Below, piece by piece: positions 59,720-64,000 of a stretch of 64,000 nt of DNA (position 1 is the first letter of the stretch; every line of letters begins with the position of its first letter). The DNA is from an uncultured bacterium (lineage in GTDB: Bacteria; SAR324; NAC60-12). Location: assembly GCA_965662235.1 (NCBI GenBank), contig CBFIGY010000010.1, positions 30,170-94,169 on the forward strand, read 5' to 3'. The notes under the pieces were generated by a model. The model had not been told where the DNA came from and made no database searches. It worked only from the letters and a program-made list of their open reading frames with translations. The translations under genes and the position numbers were made by a program.

Positions 59720-62167
59720 TCAACCACGGACGCGCTCCGACCGGGGGTCATAAAACGCCTTCAGCGACACCCGGACGGGGTAACGGACGCCAGCCACTTC
59801 CACCTCAAAGGTCCGGGCTGCAAGTGCTGCTGCCGTGACGGGTTCGTCGAGGGTGACGTACCCCATGCCCAGGCAGGTGCCCAGCGTGTGTCCGTACATG
59901 CCTGAGGTGGTTTCTCCCACAATCCGATCCTCACACCAGATGGGTTCGTTGTGATACAGCAGCGGCTCCGGATCCTCCAGAGCAAGCTGCACCAGCCGTC
60001 GCCGGGGCGGACCGTCTTCCCGGAGGCGGAGCAGGGCTGTTTTTCCCAAAAAGCCCCCGGGCTTGTCCCAGGCCACAGCAAAGCTGAGCCCTGCCTGCAG
60101 CGGTGTGTCGTCATCGGCAATGTCATGTCCGAAGTGACGGTACCCCTTTTCCAGTCGCAAGGAATTGAGGGCGTGGTAGCCGGCGAGCTTCAGGCCGTAA
60201 CGAGTGCCTTCCGTCTGCAGGAGGTCGAACACCTGCTGAGCAAACTCCGTGGGCAAATACAGCTCCCATCCCAATTCCCCGACATACGTCACCCGCAGTG
60301 CCCAAGCCCGGGCGTAGCCAATTTCAATCTCCTGGGCTGTTCCAAACGGAAAGGCTTCATTGGAAAGGTCCGCCGGCGTCAGCGCCTGCAGCAGCTCCCG
60401 AGACCGAGGTCCCATGACGCTCAAGGTGACCCAGCCGGAGGTAACATCGGTGAGGGTGCAGCGGGCGTCTTCTGGAAGGTGCTGCTCCAGCCAGGCCCGG
60501 TCCCGGGTTTGGGTGGCAACGGAGCTGACCACCAGGAAGGCGGTCTCGCTCATCCGGGTCACCGTTAGGTCGGCCTCAAAGGTGCCCCGCTCATTGAGCC
60601 AGGCGGTGTAGACGACGGATCCCGGAGGCACCGCGACATCGTTGGCACAGAGGTGGTTGAGGAACGACTCGGCGTCCTTGCCCTGGACCAGGAACTTGGA
60701 AAACGAAGAGAGGTCAAAGAGGCCCACGGCTTCCCGGACTGCCTGATGCTCGGCTGCAGAGGCTTCAAACCAGTTCTGCCGTTTGTAGCTGTACTCGTAC
60801 TGAGGGGCGGTGCCTGCGGGGGCAAACCAATTCGCCCGCTCCCAGCCAGCGGCTTCCCCAAAGCATGCTCCTGCGGCAGCCAAACGGTCATGCAGAACGG
60901 AACGCCGGACGCCCCGGGCCGTCTCTGGCTGACGGAAGGGCCAGTGCATCGCATACAGCAGACCCAGGCCTTCTACGGTCCGGTCGTGCAGGTAGCGGGC
61001 GTTCGACTGAAAGGGCTGCATGCGTCGCAGATCGACGTCCCACAGCTCCATGGGAGGATGTCCGTTGAGGATCCACTCGGCAAGCACCTTTCCGGCACCT
61101 CCAGCAGACTGGATGCCAATCGAGTTGAAGCCTGCGGCAACAAAGAAGTTCTTCAGCTCCGGAGCTGGTCCCAGCAAGTAGCGGTCATCGGGGGTGAAGC
61201 TTTCGGGGCCATTGAAGAAGAGCTGAATGCCTGCGTGTTCAAGCTGGGGAATGCGGTGGAGCGCCTTTTCCATGACCGGGGCAAAGTGGTCCCAGTCTTC
61301 TGCAAACTGACCAAACGCAAAGTCCTCCGGAATGCTCTCAAGGGTCCGGGGCTTGGCAACCGGCTCAAAGCAACCCACCAGCAGCTTGCCGGCTTCTTCC
61401 TTGTAGTAGCACCAGCCTCCAGGGTCGCGCAGCACCGGCAACGTGTCTGGAACGCCCATTGGCTCCGTGACCAGGTAGAAGTGCTCTGCGGCATGAAGTG
61501 GGACGTGCACCCCCGCCCACTGCCCGACCTTCCGGGCCCACAGCCCCGCACAGTTGACGACGACCTGTGCCCGGATGTCGCCGGCAGCGGTCCGGACGCC
61601 AATCGCAGCTCCGTTTTCTGTGAGAACATCCGTCACCTCCACGTCTTCAAGGAGGGTAGCGCCCTGCTGTCGGGCTCCTTTGGCCAGTGCAAGGGTGACA
61701 TCGACCGGGTTCGTCTGGCCGTCCTTGGGAAGGAAAACGGCGCCAACGACATCTTCCGTGTTGAGGAGGGGGTGCCGCTCAGCGGCTTCTTCTGGAGAAA
61801 TGACAGCGACCTCTAGGCCAAAGCACTTGGCCATGGAGGCCCCGCGCTGCAGCTCTTCAAAGCGCTCACGGTCGGTGGCCACCGAGATGGATCCGTTTTG
61901 CTTGAAGCCGGTGCCGTGTCCGGTTCGGGTTTCCAGGTCGGCATAGAGGTCACTTGTGTACTGGGCCAGGCGGGTCATGTTCTTGGTGGCACGGAGCTGC
62001 CCCACCAGTCCGGCGGCATGCCAGGTGGTTCCGGAGGTCAGCTGCTTGCGTTCCAGCAGCAACACATCGGTGCACCCCAGCTGCGTAAGGTGATACGCAA
62101 GGCTGCAGCCAATGACGCCGCCTCCAATGATGAGGACCTGGGTCTGTGAAGGAAGGGACGCGCTCAT
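59720..62167 (-). CDS. GcvT-family FAD-dependent oxidoreductase (dimethylglycine/sarcosine dehydrogenase-like)
   Basis: IIGGGVIG, TSGTTWHAAG, NGPESFTPD, GWERANWF, TYVGELGWEL, SLRLEKGY. Confidence 0.92.
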   Translation of the reverse strand: MSASLPSQTQVLIIGGGVIGCSLAYHLTQLGCTDVLLLERKQLTSGTTWHAAGLVGQLRATKNMTRLAQYTSDLYADLETRTGHGTGFKQNGSISVATDRERFEELQRGASMAKCFGLEVAVISPEEAAERHPLLNTEDVVGAVFLPKDGQTNPVDVTLALAKGARQQGATLLEDVEVTDVLTENGAAIGVRTAAGDIRAQVVVNCAGLWARKVGQWAGVHVPLHAAEHFYLVTEPMGVPDTLPVLRDPGGWCYYKEEAGKLLVGCFEPVAKPRTLESIPEDFAFGQFAEDWDHFAPVMEKALHRIPQLEHAGIQLFFNGPESFTPDDRYLLGPAPELKNFFVAAGFNSIGIQSAGGAGKVLAEWILNGHPPMELWDVDLRRMQPFQSNARYLHDRTVEGLGLLYAMHWPFRQPETARGVRRSVLHDRLAAAGACFGEAAGWERANWFAPAGTAPQYEYSYKRQNWFEASAAEHQAVREAVGLFDLSSFSKFLVQGKDAESFLNHLCANDVAVPPGSVVYTAWLNERGTFEADLTVTRMSETAFLVVSSVATQTRDRAWLEQHLPEDARCTLTDVTSGWVTLSVMGPRSRELLQALTPADLSNEAFPFGTAQEIEIGYARAWALRVTYVGELGWELYLPTEFAQQVFDLLQTEGTRYGLKLAGYHALNSLRLEKGYRHFGHDIADDDTPLQAGLSFAVAWDKPGGFLGKTALLRLREDGPPRRRLVQLALEDPEPLLYHNEPIWCEDRIVGETTSGMYGHTLGTCLGMGYVTLDEPVTAAALAARTFEVEVAGVRYPVRVSLKAFYDPRSERVRG

Positions 62168-62185
62168 GCCACCTTTTGCGGGAGG

Positions 62186-62860
62186 TTAGGATTGGGGAGG
62201 GTCGTAGATGATCTCACTCGGAGCCACTGAGCCGCCAGAGATGATGAACTGCATGGCCTCATCCACCGACCATCCGGTGTTGGTCAGGTGCTCAATAGGG
62301 ACAATTTCTAGGTAGCCGGAGGTGGGGTTCGGGGTGGTGGGCACATACACCGCGGCCAACTCCCTTCCCGTGGCATCATCCAAAAAGGTCCGGGTCACCA
62401 GTCCCACCGTCTTCATCTCGGGGGTGGGAAAGGGAATGAGCACCACCCGTTGATTTCCTGAGGGACCGGTGTTGAGCGAGTCCAGAAACTGCTTGATCAG
62501 CCCGTAGACGGTTTTCACCAGCGGCAGGTATGAAATGACATACTCCACCAGCGCCATCAGCTTCCGACCAATCACCCGCTGGGCAAACAGCCCAATGAAG
62601 TAAAGGCCCAGGAAGGAAATCAGCAGGGCCAGCGCCCCCTGAACCCAAGGCAGGTTGAGCAACCGCTCCACTTGGGGAAACTCGTCGTGAATCAGACGAG
62701 TCAAGGGAACCAGCGCCGGGGCGAACAGGTTCGCCATCAGGCCCAGCAAGAAATCAATGGCGGCAATGGTTGCCACGACCGGAAGCGCCGCTCCGGCTCC
62801 CGCCAGCACGGTTTTACGGACATTCGACACGAGGCTTATCTCCGAAAAAAGTTGAAGCAA
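62186..62860 (-). CDS. DUF502 family membrane protein
   Basis: LPLVKTVY, VYVPTTPNPTSGYL, SVDEAMQFIISGG; start uncertain. Confidence 0.88.
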   Translation of the reverse strand: MLQLFSEISLVSNVRKTVLAGAGAALPVVATIAAIDFLLGLMANLFAPALVPLTRLIHDEFPQVERLLNLPWVQGALALLISFLGLYFIGLFAQRVIGRKLMALVEYVISYLPLVKTVYGLIKQFLDSLNTGPSGNQRVVLIPFPTPEMKTVGLVTRTFLDDATGRELAAVYVPTTPNPTSGYLEIVPIEHLTNTGWSVDEAMQFIISGGSVAPSEIIYDPPQS

Positions 62861-62967
62861 AAGGAGGGTGTATGATAACGGTTCCCGTCCTGTTGCTGCA
62901 ACTCAGATCGTGTCCTCCACCGGCGAGGGGGCTGTGGGGAAAGGAGGCGTCGGGCCTCCTCTCTGCC

Positions 62968-64000
62968 TCAGTTCATGGTCGGAAAGCTGAACACGGCGCC
63001 GTCCTTGATGCCCTGCGGCCAGCGGCTGGTGACCGCTTTCACACGCGTGTAGAAGTGCACCGACTCCGGGCCGTAGATGTGGTGGTCTCCAAACAGCGAC
63101 TGCTTCCAGCCTCCGAAGCTGTGGTAAGCCACCGGAACCGGAATCGGCACGTTCACACCGACCATCCCCACTTCCACCTTGCTGACGAAGTCGTGTGCCG
63201 CGTCACCGTCGCGGGTGAAGATGGCCACGCCGTTGCCGTAGGGGTTGGCGTGGATGAGGTTCAGGGCATCGTCGTAGTTGGACGCCCGGACCGTGCAGAG
63301 GACCGGACCAAACACTTCCTCTTGATAAACCTGCATGGACGCCTGCACATGGTCCAGCAGGCACCCTCCGATGAAGTAGCCATCTTCATGTCCCGGCACC
63401 TTGAGGTGGCGTCCGTCCACTCGCAACGTTGCTCCCTCGTCGATCCCGCTGGTCACCAGTGAGGCCACCCGATCCCGGTGCTCCCGTGTGATGAGCGGTC
63501 CCATTTCCATGCCGGCTTCCGTGCCCGGACCGACCTTGAGGGCTTCGATGCGCGGAATGAGCCGTTCCATCAGAGCATCGGCAGTCTTTTCACCAACGGG
63601 CACCGCCACCGAAATGGCCATGCAGCGTTCGCCGGCTGAACCAAACGCGGCGCCCATGAGGGCATCAGTCACCTGATCTAGGTCAGCATCCGGAAGGATG
63701 ACCATGTGGTTCTTAGCGCCACCAAGGGCCTGAACGCGTTTGCCGTTCGCGGTGCCCCGCGCATAGATGGAGCGCGCCACGGGAGTGGAACCAACGAAGC
63801 TCACCGCCTTCACGTCCGGATGATCCAGCAGCGCATCCACGGCCACCTTGTCTCCCTGCACCACGTTGAAGACGCCGTCCGGAAGCCCGGCCTGGGTCAG
63901 CAGCTCGGCCATGAGCAACGCCGCGGAAGGGTCCTTTTCGGAGGGCTTGAGGATGAAGCTGTTGCCACAGGCCAGCGCAACGGGGTACATCCACATCGGC
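62968..64000 (-). CDS. mmsA: CoA-acylating methylmalonate-semialdehyde dehydrogenase (5' part outside window)
   Basis: [42 protein letters not shown]. Confidence 0.93.
   Translation of the reverse strand, partial: PMWMYPVALACGNSFILKPSEKDPSAALLMAELLTQAGLPDGVFNVVQGDKVAVDALLDHPDVKAVSFVGSTPVARSIYARGTANGKRVQALGGAKNHMVILPDADLDQVTDALMGAAFGSAGERCMAISVAVPVGEKTADALMERLIPRIEALKVGPGTEAGMEMGPLITREHRDRVASLVTSGIDEGATLRVDGRHLKVPGHEDGYFIGGCLLDHVQASMQVYQEEVFGPVLCTVRASNYDDALNLIHANPYGNGVAIFTRDGDAAHDFVSKVEVGMVGVNVPIPVPVAYHSFGGWKQSLFGDHHIYGPESVHFYTRVKAVTSRWPQGIKDGAVFSFPTMN

Overview
GC-rich bacterial chromosomal window. The gene mix suggests a marine deltaproteobacterium such as SAR324, but this is inference only. 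It holds about 57 CDS, one tRNA-Thr(CGT) and mostly core genes (rraA, rpsU, coaD, mutS, prmC, amtB, monomeric icd, mdh, sucC, serC, argH). Accessory blocks are a secreted/lipoprotein cluster (5.5-8.5 kb), a sialic-acid-type catabolic cluster (8.6-17.8 kb) and a variable region after the tRNA (34.3-45 kb). The main observations are as follows. (1) A SelW/Rdx-like selenoprotein missed by the ORF track (1019..1237, minus; CxxU with in-frame TGA and a SECIS-like hairpin), translationally coupled to the mutS-coaD-FtsK(4TM) operon. (2) A cleanly circularly permuted family-5 ABC solute-binding protein inside an AraC-nanA-ABC-AGE epimerase cluster. (3) Two proteins sharing a ChiS-like C-terminal DNA-binding domain: a 7TM-DISM hybrid kinase with a shortened ATP lid, and a 115-aa stand-alone protein. 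Phased direct repeats lie next to the kinase gene. (4) An AT-rich 1.5-kb segment bounded by 39-bp direct repeats, carrying a DUF3015-like gene and a 294-bp internally deleted ISAs1-family element. All calls come from reading motifs by eye; no database searches were run.
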